Assembly: GCA_964016885.1 (NCBI GenBank)
Contig: OZ024741.1
Span: 363,568,001-363,632,000 of the forward strand
DNA from: Eledone cirrhosa
Taxonomy: Eukaryota
Length of the DNA stretch: 64,000 bases
Reading direction: 5' to 3'
In this document: positions 40,801 to 50,799 of the stretch, one piece after another
How positions within the stretch are numbered: the stretch's first letter is position 1
Layout: each line of letters begins with the position of its first letter
Position numbers and translations under genes: made by a program
The notes under the pieces: model-generated
Database searches by the model: none
What the model was told of the DNA's origin: nothing
Seen by the model: only the letters and a program-made list of their open reading frames with translations

Positions 40801-43090
40801 CTGTGGTTAAGAAGACGATTTCACAATAACATAGATGTAGGTATAGCTGTGTTTAAGAAGACTATTCCACAATAACATAGATGTAGGTATAGCTTGGGTT
40901 AAGAAGACTATTTCACAATAACATAGATGTAGGTATAGCTGTGGTTAAGAAGGTTATTTCACAATAACATAGATGTAGGTATAGCTTGGGTTAAGAAGGT
41001 TATTTCACAATAACATAGATGTAGGTATAGCTGTGGTTAAGAAGGTTGTTTTACAATAACATAGATGTAGGAATAGCTTGGGTTAAGAAGGTTGTTTTAC
41101 ATAGCCTAGATGTAGGTATAGCTTGGGTTAAGAAGACTATTTCACAATAACATAGATGTAGGTATAGCTTGGGTTAAGAAGACTATTTCACAATAACATA
41201 GATGTAGGTATAGCTGTGGTTAAGAAGGTTGTTTCACTATAACATAGATGTAGGTATAGCTGTGGTTAAGAAGACTATTTCACAATAACATAGATGTAGG
41301 TATAGCTGTGTTTAAGAAGACTATTCCACAATAACATAGATGTAGGTATAGCTTGGGTTAAGAAAACTATTTCACAATAACATAGATGTAGGTATAGCTG
41401 TGGTTAAGAAGGTTATTTCACAATAACATAGATGTAGGTATAGCTTGGGTGAAGAAGGTTATTTCACAATAACATAGATGTAGGTATAGCTGTGGTTAAG
41501 AAGGTTGGTTTACAATAACATAGATGTAGGTATAGCTTGGGTTAAGAAGGTTGTTTTACCATAACCTAGATGTAGGTATAGCTTGGGTTAAGAAGACTAT
41601 TTCACAATAACATAGATGTAGGTATAGCTTGGGTTAAGAAGACTATTTCACAATAACATAGATGTAGGTATAGCTGTGGTTAAGAAGGTTGTTTCACAAT
41701 AACATAGATGTAGTTATAGCTGTGGTTAAGAAGGTTATTTCACAATAACATAGATGTAGGTATAGCTGTGGTTAAGAAGGTTGTTTTACAATAACATAGA
41801 TGTAGGTATAGCTTGGGTTAAGGTTATTTCACAATAACATAGATGTAGGTATAGCTTGGGTTAAGAAGGTTATTTCACAATAACATAGATGTAGGTATAG
41901 CTGTGGTTAAGAAGGTTATTTCACAATAACATAGATGTAGGTATAGCTGTGTTTAAGAAGACTATTCCACAATAACATAGATGTAGGTATAGCTTGGGTT
42001 AAGAAGACTATTTCACAATAACATAGATGTAGGTATAGCTGTGGTTAAGAAGGTTATTTCACAATAACATAGATGTAGGTATAGCTGTGGTTAAGAAGGT
42101 TGTTTTACAATAACATAGATGTACGTATAGCTTGGGTTAAGAAGGTTGTTTTACCATAACCTAGATGTAGGTATAGCTTGGGTTAAGAAGACTATTTCAC
42201 AATAACATAGATGTAGGTATAGCTGTGGTTAAGAAGGTTATTTCACAATAACATAGATGTAGGTATAGCTTGGGTTAAGAAGGTTGTTTTACAATAACAT
42301 AGATGTAGGTACAGCTGTGGTTAAGAAGGTTATTTCCCAATAACATAGATGTAGGTATAGCTGTGGTTAAGAAGGTTGTTTTACAATAACATAGATGTAG
42401 GTATAGCTGTGGTTAAGAAGGTTGTTTTACAATAACATAGATGTAGGTATAGCTTGGGTTAAGAAGGTTGTTTTACAATAACATAGATGTAGGTATAGCT
42501 GTGGTTAAGAAGACAATTTCACAATAACATAGATGTAGGTATAGCTGTGTTTAAGAAGACTATTCCACAATAACATAGATGTAGGTATAGCTTGGGTTAA
42601 GAAGACTATTTCACAATAACATAGATGTAGGTATAGCTGTGGTTAAGAAGGTTATTTCACAATAACATAGATGTAGGTATAGCTTGGGTTAAGAATGTTA
42701 TTTCACAATAACATAGATGTAGGTATAGCTGTGGTTAAGAAGGTTGTTTTACAATAACATAGATGTAGGAATAGCTTGGGTTAAGAAGGTTGTTTTACAT
42801 AGCCTAGATGTAGGTATAGCTTGGGTTAAGAAGACTATTTCACAATAACATAGATGTAGGTATAGCTTGGGTTAAGAAGACTAGAAGACTATTTCACAAT
42901 AACATAGATGTAGGTATAGCTGTGGTTAAGAAGGTTATTTCACAATAACATAGATGTAGGTATAGCTTGGGTTAAGAAGGTTATTTCACAATAACATAGA
43001 TGTAGGTATAGCTGTGGTTAAGAAGGTTATTTCACAATAACATTGATGTAGGTATAGCTGTGGTTAAGAAGGTTGTTTCACAATAACATA

Positions 43091-43262
43091 GATGTAGGTA
43101 TAGCATGGGTTAAGAAGGTTGTTTCACAACCATATGGGTCTGGCATTGATCCCACTTCACATCCTTTTAGGCAAGTGCCTTACTTTGTAGCCTTGGGTTG
43201 GTCAATGATTTGTGAGTGAAATTTGGAAGACAGAAACTGCAAAAGCTTACTGTTTGTATATA
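43091..43262 (+). mobile_element. Degenerate tRNA-derived SINE with a CORE-like box; its head is the last satellite monomer
   Basis: A-box-like TAGCATGGGTTAAG, decayed B-box region (CATTGATCCC), GGCAAGTGCCTT, TGAAATTTGGAAGACAGAAACTG, then a TA tail. Aligns with the reverse complement of 45849-45940. Confidence 0.8.
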
Positions 43263-43412
43263 TAAATATATATATTCAATTATGTTTTGTGGTTCACCAA
43301 AGGCTAGAAATGCTTGTTCCGCTTAGTTAACCATCATGTATTAGTAGGAAAAACATTCTACATTATGCAACTCTGAATATATATGTCGCTACCACACAAA
43401 CCCCATACCCAC

Positions 43413-43474
43413 CTTTGTCGAGTTTACCAAACCCACAATGCTTTGCATTGACAAGCTTCTTATTCAGAGATGGT
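43413..43474 (-). CDS. Putative third coding exon of the host gene: (A)PSLNKKLVNAKHCGFGKLDK
   Basis: Acceptor ttactgtag|A and donor AAAG|gtgggt. Completes the phase-2 codon from exon 46239-46405 with no stop. Confidence 0.5.
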
Positions 43475-43715
43475 CTACAGTAACAATAATACCTATTTCA
43501 CAGGCAATCTCCGAATTAAATATTTTATCTATCCTCTGTGTTAGCCATTATTCCTTTATTGATTATATAATTATGTTGATGATGATGTTAGGATCTAATG
43601 TAATCAGGCCATTGAACTATATATACTGTGTTTTGCAACATTAAAACTTTAAAGAAATATTCCCATTCTGGCCTCCTGTTATTTTAATCAAATTAATATA
43701 CATACATATATATAT

Positions 43716-44317
43716 ATCAGATTAGCATGGGAGGAGGGTGTTCCGAGGCCATAGTATCTAGAATAAGGACGTGTTGGAAGAAGTTTAGGGAGCTGCTTCC
43801 TCTGTTGATGAAGAAGGGTTTCTCCCTGCGTACGAAAGGCCGGTTGTATGATGCCTGTGTGAGGAGCGCGATGCTGCATGGTAGTGAGACATGGGCAGCA
43901 ACCGCAGAGGATATGCGACGGCTGGAGAGAAATGAGGAAAGCATGCTCCGTTGGATGTGCAGTGTAAATGTGCGTGAACGACCCAGCATAAATGTGTTGA
44001 GAGAGAAACTGTGTCTGAGAGGGATAGAATGTAGTGTACGGGAGAGGAGACTGAGGTGGTATGGACATGTGATGCGCATGGAGGATGACCGATGGGTGAA
44101 GAAGTGCCAGGAAATGCCAGTTGAAGGAAGACGTGGTAGAGGTAGACCACGAAAAACATGGGCGGAGGTGGTGAGAACAGACCTCAGATCATTGAAGCTC
44201 ACGGTGGAGATGACGAGGGACCGTGACGAGTGGAGAGATGCTGTGCCGAATAAGACCCGTCCCACCCTTGCAAGCAGGGAAAAGCGGACGTAAAATGATG
44301 ATGATGATGATGATGAT
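43716..44317 (+). mobile_element. 5'-truncated, young RTE-clade LINE (intact ORF C-terminus, 43727-44293) with (ATG)n tail
   Basis: Motifs LHGSETW, LRWYGHVMRM and GRRGRGRPRKTW typical of RTE C-termini. Stop codon followed by an ATG microsatellite. Confidence 0.92.
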
Positions 44318-44415
44318 ATGTGTGTGTGCGTGCTCCTGTATGCATGCCCTGTATATTTTAAAAAAAAGTACAGGTATAATTATGTGGTTAAGAAGGTCAC
44401 TTGACATTCACATGG

Positions 44416-44900
44416 CTGACCTAATTAGCAGTAGAGGAGGTTGCTCCGAAAGCATAGTAACTAGAATAAGAAAAGGCTGGAGAAAGTTTAGGTAGCTACT
44501 ACCTCCGTTGACAACAAAGGGATTTTCTCTGTAAGCGAAGGGTAGATTGTATGTTGCTTGCTTGTGGAGTGTGATGTTGATGTATGGTAGTAAGACATGG
44601 GCAGTCAATGCAGAGGATGTATGGAAGCTGGAGGGAAATGAAGTAAGCAGGCTCCGTTGGATATATAATATTAGTGTGTATGAATGATGGGGTGTGGATG
44701 AAATGAGAAAAAAAAACTGGGTATAAGAGGAATCAGATGTAGTGTGCAAGATAGGGAACTGTGTTGGTATGGACATGTGATGTATATGAATGATGAATGC
44801 TGGGTGAACATGTGACAGGAGATGTCAGTGGAAGGAAGCTGCAGTAGAGGAAGACCAAAAAATCCAGAGAGGAGTTGGTTAGAGTTGATCTCAAAATGTC
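44416..44900 (+). mobile_element. Decayed RTE LINE 3' fragment
   Basis: DLISSRGGCSESIVTRIRKGWRKFR, homologous to the 43727 ORF, with stops and frameshifts. Confidence 0.88.
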
Positions 44901-45274
44901 AAGTAGAGAGGTTTGCTTTTAAATAGGTACTTCTGCAGTTACAGGGAGCATCAGTGGTACCTTTACCTGGCATAACACATATAAACATATGCATATATAT
45001 CCTTCCCTAGATACTTTCTAATAATATATAAGAAAAATACACCTTGAGAAATTGCGATTGAGAAGATTTAAACTCAATGTGTTCACGCACTTACAGATAG
45101 AAATGTAATGAGGAGAATTGTAAGGGTAGAAGAAAAGTTTCAATTTTAACACAGAGTATATAAAACAAATTAAGATGACAGAAAGAAGTTCTAAAATCAT
45201 TTAATCTTTTCAATTGTTTCGACACAAAATTTTTCTTCAAACACAAAACTAGGAAAAATGTAATCCCTAATAAT

Positions 45275-45462
45275 AATTGTTTCTACTTTTGGCACAAGGC
45301 CAGCAATTACCCAGTACATTACTGGTACTTTATTTTATCGACCCCGTAAAGATGAAAGGCAAAGTTAACCTCGGTGGGATTTGAACTCAGACCGTAAAGG
45401 GACGTAACTACGCTGGAAAGCATGGCGTCCGACTCTCTACCGATACTGCCAATCCACCGCCC
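45275..45462 (-). mobile_element. tRNA-derived SINE with a Nin/Deu-like central domain
   Basis: Reverse complement of 56585-56778. B-box GAGTTCAAATCC and GCCTTTCATCTTTACGGGGTCGATAAAATAAAGTACCAG. Confidence 0.88.
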
Positions 45463-45567
45463 TAATCCATAATAATAATAGTAGTAATAATATAATGGAA
45501 ACAAGAGGATTAATATTTATATGCTAATTAGTGTTTAAAAAATGTTTGTATCTCCTGAAAAGATTTA

Positions 45568-45788
45568 CCCTTTAGCATTTACATTATTCTATATTTACTA
45601 TTGTATTTTCATGGTAAACACTTTATTTCAAATAATTATCTCACATAAAATGGAATCTATAAGATTTTGATATTATTTATTTTGAGAACAATACCTTAAC
45701 ATAAGTATAAGCAGCTGGTTATGGATGGTTTGAACGGAAAGAGGTGAGAGAATTCTGGCCGGATATGGCCGGTTTAAATGCTAAATGG
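45568..45788. mobile_element. piggyBac-type MITE
   Basis: TIRs CCCTTTAGCATTTA / TAAATGCTAAATGG (13/14 match), flanked by TTTA and TTAA. Confidence 0.75.
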
Positions 45789-45848
45789 TTAAACATCAAT
45801 ATATAAAAAAATGGGTACAGGGAGGAGAAACTGTTGCCATTTTGGAAA

Positions 45849-45940
45849 CAGTTTTTATCTACCAAATTTCATGGTCAACCCATGGCTATAGTAGAAGGCA
45901 CTTGTCCAAGGTGCCATGCAGTGGGAGTGAAGCCACATAG
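45849..45940 (-). mobile_element. SINE fragment of the same family as the satellite's parent SINE
   Basis: Reverse complement reads TCCCACTGCATGGCACCTTGGACAAGTGCCTTCTACTATAGCCATGGGTTGACC...TGAAATTTGGTAGATAAAAACTG. Confidence 0.8.
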
Positions 45941-46238
45941 ATGTGCATTTTATTGTGGCACCAAGGTTGTCATGTCTTTGACATAGCTGGAGAGTCTTTC
46001 CAATTCTTTGTTTGGCAGGTTTTCTCCAGCTGGATGCTCTTCCTATCACCAACCACTTTACAGGGTGTACTGGGTGTATTTATCATGTAGATCACAAACA
46101 CTAGGGAGATTGTCATGTCTATGGCACAGCTGAATAGTCTTCCTGACACTTTCTTTGGTAAATTCTCTACAGCTGGATGTCTTTCCTATCACCAGCCAAA
46201 AAGAAAAATATGTAATTATTTATTTATTTATTACTTAC

Positions 46239-46405
46239 GCTAATTTGTTACGCACATCTGAGGATTTGGCAGAGTTTGAAACTGTGGATGATGAGGCCTC
46301 ATGTTTGTCTGCATCAGGCATTAATGTATCAACAACATCTTGCAAGGAATTAGATGAAGCTGCCACTGGTTCTTCGAAGCCACTCATCAACGAACTATTC
46401 GTAAC
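46239..46405 (-). CDS. Second coding exon of the host gene: VTNSSLMSGFEEPVAASSNSLQDVVDTLMPDADKHEASSSTVSNSAKSSDVRNKL(A)
   Basis: Acceptor atttatgcag|GTT and donor GC|gtaagt. Phase 0 start is open and continues the SPM-VTNSSLM peptide repeat of the previous exon. Confidence 0.8.
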
Positions 46406-47229
46406 CTGCATAAATGGTTAACAGAAAAGTAAAATATTACTGGCTAAAAACCAACCTTAAAAAATAGGTCAGCTGCAGCTGTTAAGAAAATACATAAATT
46501 TCAGATGATAGCTAAACACTACTTGTTAGTTTAGATTACATAAGCATGACTAAATAACAGATTCTAAAACATAGGTACATACATGTATTCACATATACAT
46601 ATGAACATCCATCCATACACGCACACTTACATAAGCATATATATACATCGCTGAAATATATTTTTAAAAAGTACAAAAAGTTGCAAATTTTCAATAAAAA
46701 CTTAAAACAATACCCTAGAAATTATTTTATTTAATTGCTACTGTGAAAAGTATTGTTTTTGGAAATTCACAAAAGGGAATTTTTTCTATTTTAATTCCTT
46801 TTATATCCATTTTTTGTTCTTTCATTTTAATTTTTGTCCGTATTTGTGTACAGACTTCAAGAAACTGAAACCTCACAAAGGAGATGACACTGGATCTTGT
46901 CAACTGGCAGTTCACAGAACTAGAAAAGACCTACACACTAGTACAAGCACTGCTATGCTAAAAGTATTTGTGGTGGAAGACTACATGAAGTGGAGAGTGG
47001 CCTTTTAAACAGCAGTAGATGAGATAACTTCTCTAGTGTTGGTGCTACAATAAAATGCAAACAGTATTCCCTGTAAGTGGTTGGCAACTGAGCAGAGACA
47101 ATATAGGGTAGAGAAGATTTTTCAGTTTTGCCAAGTACATGATAACCTCTTTAATGCTGGTACCATGCTAAATTGTTTAGTTGCCAAGGAAGTAAAAACA
47201 AGCTAGTCAGTCATGTAATCAACCAAATG

Positions 47230-48390
47230 GTACAGAACAAGATCATACCCAATGGTACAGAACAGGATCATAACCAATGACTGACACAGCAGTATTATTG
47301 TAAACTAATACAAGGAGATACACTAAAAATAAGTAACTGGAGGCATCAAATTGATAGGCCAGGTGATAAAAGTAACTGAAAGGGTTATAGCACAACTACT
47401 TAGGGACATAAACAAGTTAGATGAGATTCATTTCAGCTTTATGCCAGGTAGGATTACCATCAATGTTTTCTTCTTAGTGAGAAAACTGCAGGAGAAGTAC
47501 TTAGCTAACAGTAAGCCTCTGATGGTTCTCTGCTTTGTAATCTAGTAGGCACTAAGGAAGCAGATGTAGATGAATGACTCATGAGGGTTGTGCAAGTCAT
47601 GTATAGAGGTGCCACCAAAAAAGGTGAGAGTTGCCAATGAGTAGTGATGAATTTGAAGAACAGGTGGGCATTCATCAAGGGTCAATCTTCAGCTTATTTC
47701 CATTTATCATTGTTCTTCAGACCCTAACAGAGAGGTTCATGACAGGCTGGCACTACATGGCAACCTCTGTATGCTGATGATCTAGATATTATAGCTGAAT
47801 CCATGGAAAAGTTAGGGGCAAAATTCCAGATTTGGAAGAAAGAGCTAGAATTGAAATCCTAAAAATAAACTTAAATAAATATAGTAACACTAAGTAGGAA
47901 AGAATACAAGAACCTTATACTGTTGGGAAAATGGTTTTGTTTGACAGAAATTCCATAAGGTACATCACAGTATAACCTATGGATAATGGATACAGAGGAG
48001 ATAACAGGCAAGTTAACAGAAGATAGACTTCATATGCAGCAGAAGTAAAATCTAAGAGCACATGTAAAATAAATTTCCTCAGTTGTCAGGGAGGCTCTTT
48101 AGAAGTTGTTGACAGCATTTGTCACCTAGGTGACAAAATCAGTAGTGGTTGATGATGTTCTGAAAGTATGATAGTCAGGGTAAGAACAAGCTAGAAGTTA
48201 AGTGAGCTGGTACCTCTGCTGACAACAAAGGGCTTCTCTCCCAGAGTGAAGTGAGATTGCAGGCAAAGATAGAATTTTTATGCAGCAGATGCACAGGAGA
48301 AGTAAACCAAAAGAGTGCATGTGAAATAGGTTCCTTTAGTTGCTAAAGAGGCTCCTTAGAAACTGCTAATTTGATCACCTAGGTTATATG
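47230..48390 (+). mobile_element. Decayed RTE LINE, reverse transcriptase region
   Basis: KVTERVIAQLLRD...FMPGR...LVRKLQEKYL and LYADDL (47767-47784), with many stops. Confidence 0.88.
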
Positions 48391-48613
48391 CCCCTAACTC
48401 CTCTTCCTTACTGTCTTCGGCATCAAGAAGGATTTCTCTAAATATGTTACCTACAGAGGGTTCTCCAAGCTTCCGTGTGTGTGTGTGTATGTGTGTATAT
48501 ATATAATAGAAAAAACGAGGAAGTTTCGTTTTTTCTATTATATACACTCTCCCTGTGCACAGAGTGTTTGATTTGGTACCAACACCAGTATTTCACCGTA
48601 CTACCTACACTAT

Positions 48614-48913
48614 ATCATCATCATCATTTTACGTCCACTTTTTCCCTGCTTGCAAGGGTGGGACGGGAACTGATTCTGGCTTGATTTCTACAGCTGGATG
48701 CCCTTCCTAACACCAACCTCATTTACAGTGAGTGCTGGGTGCTTTTTTGCCGTGGCACCTCCACGACCACTTTGCAGTGGAATCTCATTTCTACAGCTGA
48801 GTAAACTGGAGCAATGTGAAATAAAGTGTCTTGCTCAAGGAAGCAACACATCACCTGGTCTGAGAATTGAACTCACAACCTTTCGATTGCAAGGCCAATA
48901 CTCTAACCACTAA

Positions 48914-48918
<5 letters not shown>
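48614..48918 (-). mobile_element. tRNA-derived SINE with an RTE-derived 3' tail (copy 1)
   Basis: Minus strand: A-box TGGCTTAGTGG, B-box GAGTTCAATTC, CCTTGAGCAAGACAC. Its 3' end matches the RTE end at 44256-44317. Confidence 0.9.

Positions 48919-48977
<59 letters not shown>
48917..48977. repeat. (AT)n microsatellite
   Basis: About 30 AT units; a second tract lies at about 49088-49119. Confidence 0.95.
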
Positions 48978-48981
<4 letters not shown>

Positions 48982-49082
48982 GTAATAATAATAAATTTTA
49001 AGACTAAAATCCAAAGAGGGCTCGATAAGGATAAATATATATCAAATATATAAGAACCGTAGAGCAAATATTTATTAATTTA

Positions 49083-49126
<44 letters not shown>

Positions 49127-49218
49127 TTTGATGCTCATGTACAAGACGGTGCAAAGAATGATAATAAAAAAACATTAACATGAACAAACAAACAAAAAAT
49201 GAGTAAAATACCTCTTAC

Positions 49219-49620
49219 CATAGGGCTATTAATCATCAATGAACTATTTGCATTTGTAACCACTGGACTATTGATCATTAAATTGCTACAACTGACCATT
49301 GAGGGAGTGAGCAATGAAGAACTATTACTAACCATAGGACTGGTAGATTGTGTGACTGGACTTTGGCTCATAATGTTACCAGCACCTGGACTGATGCCCA
49401 TGGATAACTCCGAGAGGTTCATAATTACATTCAGTCGGTCTCCATCTTGCAGGTCCGATGGTTCGACGTCCACCCAGTCGTGCCAATCCTCATTCCATTT
49501 CTGGATACTGAAGTTTCCGGAAGGCAAATTAAAAGCCCGAGTTATCATACTGCGAATAATGTAAGGATATACCACATCGAGCACCTTCTTCTTGTAACCA
49601 AATGTAATGTGAAACTTCAT
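49219..49620 (-). CDS. First coding exon of an uncharacterised protein: ~68-aa PB1/ubiquitin-like domain followed by S/P/M/N-rich repeats (134 codons)
   Basis: Polypyrimidine acceptor tttcatttgtgcag|AAA ATG and donor ATG|gtaaga. MKFHITFGYKKKVLDV...FSIQKWNEDWHDWVDVEPSDLQDGDRLNVIM has a beta-grasp-like pattern with an acidic cluster (fold is inference). Confidence 0.82.
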
Positions 49621-49649
49621 TTTCTGCACAAATGAAAAATGGAAAATAA

Positions 49650-50010
49650 TAATAGTAGTAGTAATAATAATAATAATAATGCTTTCTTTATTAACTACAA
49701 GGGTTGACAAATTATAACATTAAGGACAGCTCAGGACGGTACAAATGGGCATTTCTGTGTGTAAAGAAAAAACAATAAAGTAAATAACAAAAATAAAAAC
49801 AGGGGGGGGGGGAACTTCCGAGGGTCATTTGTGGAGAAAGCCCATTAAAAAAGCCACGGTGATCCTGACCACTAGGGCAAGTGTCTCCTCCCAGTTCTCC
49901 ACCTCCAATCTACAGATGCATACTCAGAGCAGGCCCATTCACTTGGGCCATGCTTGCCTCTCTCACCCATCTTTCAACAAATTGCTGGGAAGAGAGCACT
50001 TCCCTCGCTA
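49650..50010 (-). mobile_element. 3' end of a Tx1/L1-like LINE (ORF2 C-terminus, 3' UTR, TTA-repeat tail)
   Basis: Minus strand reads REVLSSQQFVERWVREASMAQVNGPALSMHL*, resembling the L1/Tx1 ORF2 terminal F..RW motif, then a C-tract/T-rich UTR and (TTA)n. Confidence 0.5.
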
Positions 50011-50200
50011 CCCTAGTAGTATTAGTAGTAGTGTTAAAAACAACAATAACAATGAGTGGCTTTTAGTGGCAACAAAAGTGCACAATGTTGAGGACAATAT
50101 AAGGATGAAACTCAACACAAAGTAAGGATTACATCAAGTATAAGGAAAAGAAAATCAAGGACAAAACCACCCCCCAGGAAATATAATAACAATAATGATT

Positions 50201-50546
50201 TCATCATCATTTCATCATTTCATTTTACGTCCACTTTTCCCTGCTTGCAAGGGTGGGACGGGAACTGATTCTGGCTTGATTTCTACAGCTGGATGCCCTT
50301 CCTAACACCAACCTCATTTACAGTGAGTGCTGGGTGCTTTTTTGCCGTGGCACCTCCACGACCACTTTGTAGTGGAATGATAGGGACCCCAGTCCCTATC
50401 ATCTCATTTCTACAGCTGAGTAAACTGGAGCAATGTGAAATAAAGTGTCTTGCTCAAGGAAACAACACATCACCCAGTCTGAGAATTGAACTCACAACCT
50501 TTCGATTGCAAGGCCAATGCTCTAACCACTAAGTCATGTGCCTCCA
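50201..50546 (-). mobile_element. tRNA-derived SINE with an RTE tail (copy 2)
   Basis: Near-identical to 48614-48918, plus a 24-bp hairpin segment. Confidence 0.9.
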
Positions 50547-50799
50547 TATGATATATAGTAATAATAACAATAGAGTGGGATAACCCATAGGGAATTTCCC
50601 GTGTCCTTCACTTCCACCACCAGCATCACACACACAAAATCCCTGGATTGCATCGAGTTGTATCCTTTCACCGTAAAAGATATCTTAACCCTTTGATGAA
50701 TAGAGAGCAATAAAATAATACTACAATAAATATGATTGATTCCTTGGCTGCAGCTCAATGTCTGAGTGCTGACGAAGTACATCATCTACTTTTCAGGTT

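Larger units (their letters stand above)
1..43129 (+). repeat. 46-bp tandem satellite, consensus GATGTAGGTATAGCT(G/T)(T/G)GGTTAAGAAG(GT/AC)T(A/G)TTT(C/T)ACAATAACATA, ~880 monomers, extends beyond the left edge
   Basis: GTATAGCT recurs at 1, 47, 93 and so on. Only a few indels (about 9210, 32185, 32903, 33882, 39241, 42883). Interrupted by LTR sequences at 22127-24236 and 25529-25894. Confidence 0.99.

Noticed and set aside
1-43129. CRISPR array (palindromic GTT...AAC repeats)
   Set aside because: No unique spacers, the units are head-to-tail, there are no cas genes and the context is eukaryotic.
43688-44776. Long minus-strand ORFs (126, 182, 124, 122 aa)
   Set aside because: Antisense shadows of RTE coding sequence.
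46155-49564. Plus-strand ORFs 46155-46421 and 49199-49564
   Set aside because: Antisense to exons whose splice signals and frame continuity are on the minus strand.
48698-50532. Near-identical ORF pair MPFLTPTSF... as duplicated genes
   Set aside because: Antisense translations of two SINE copies.
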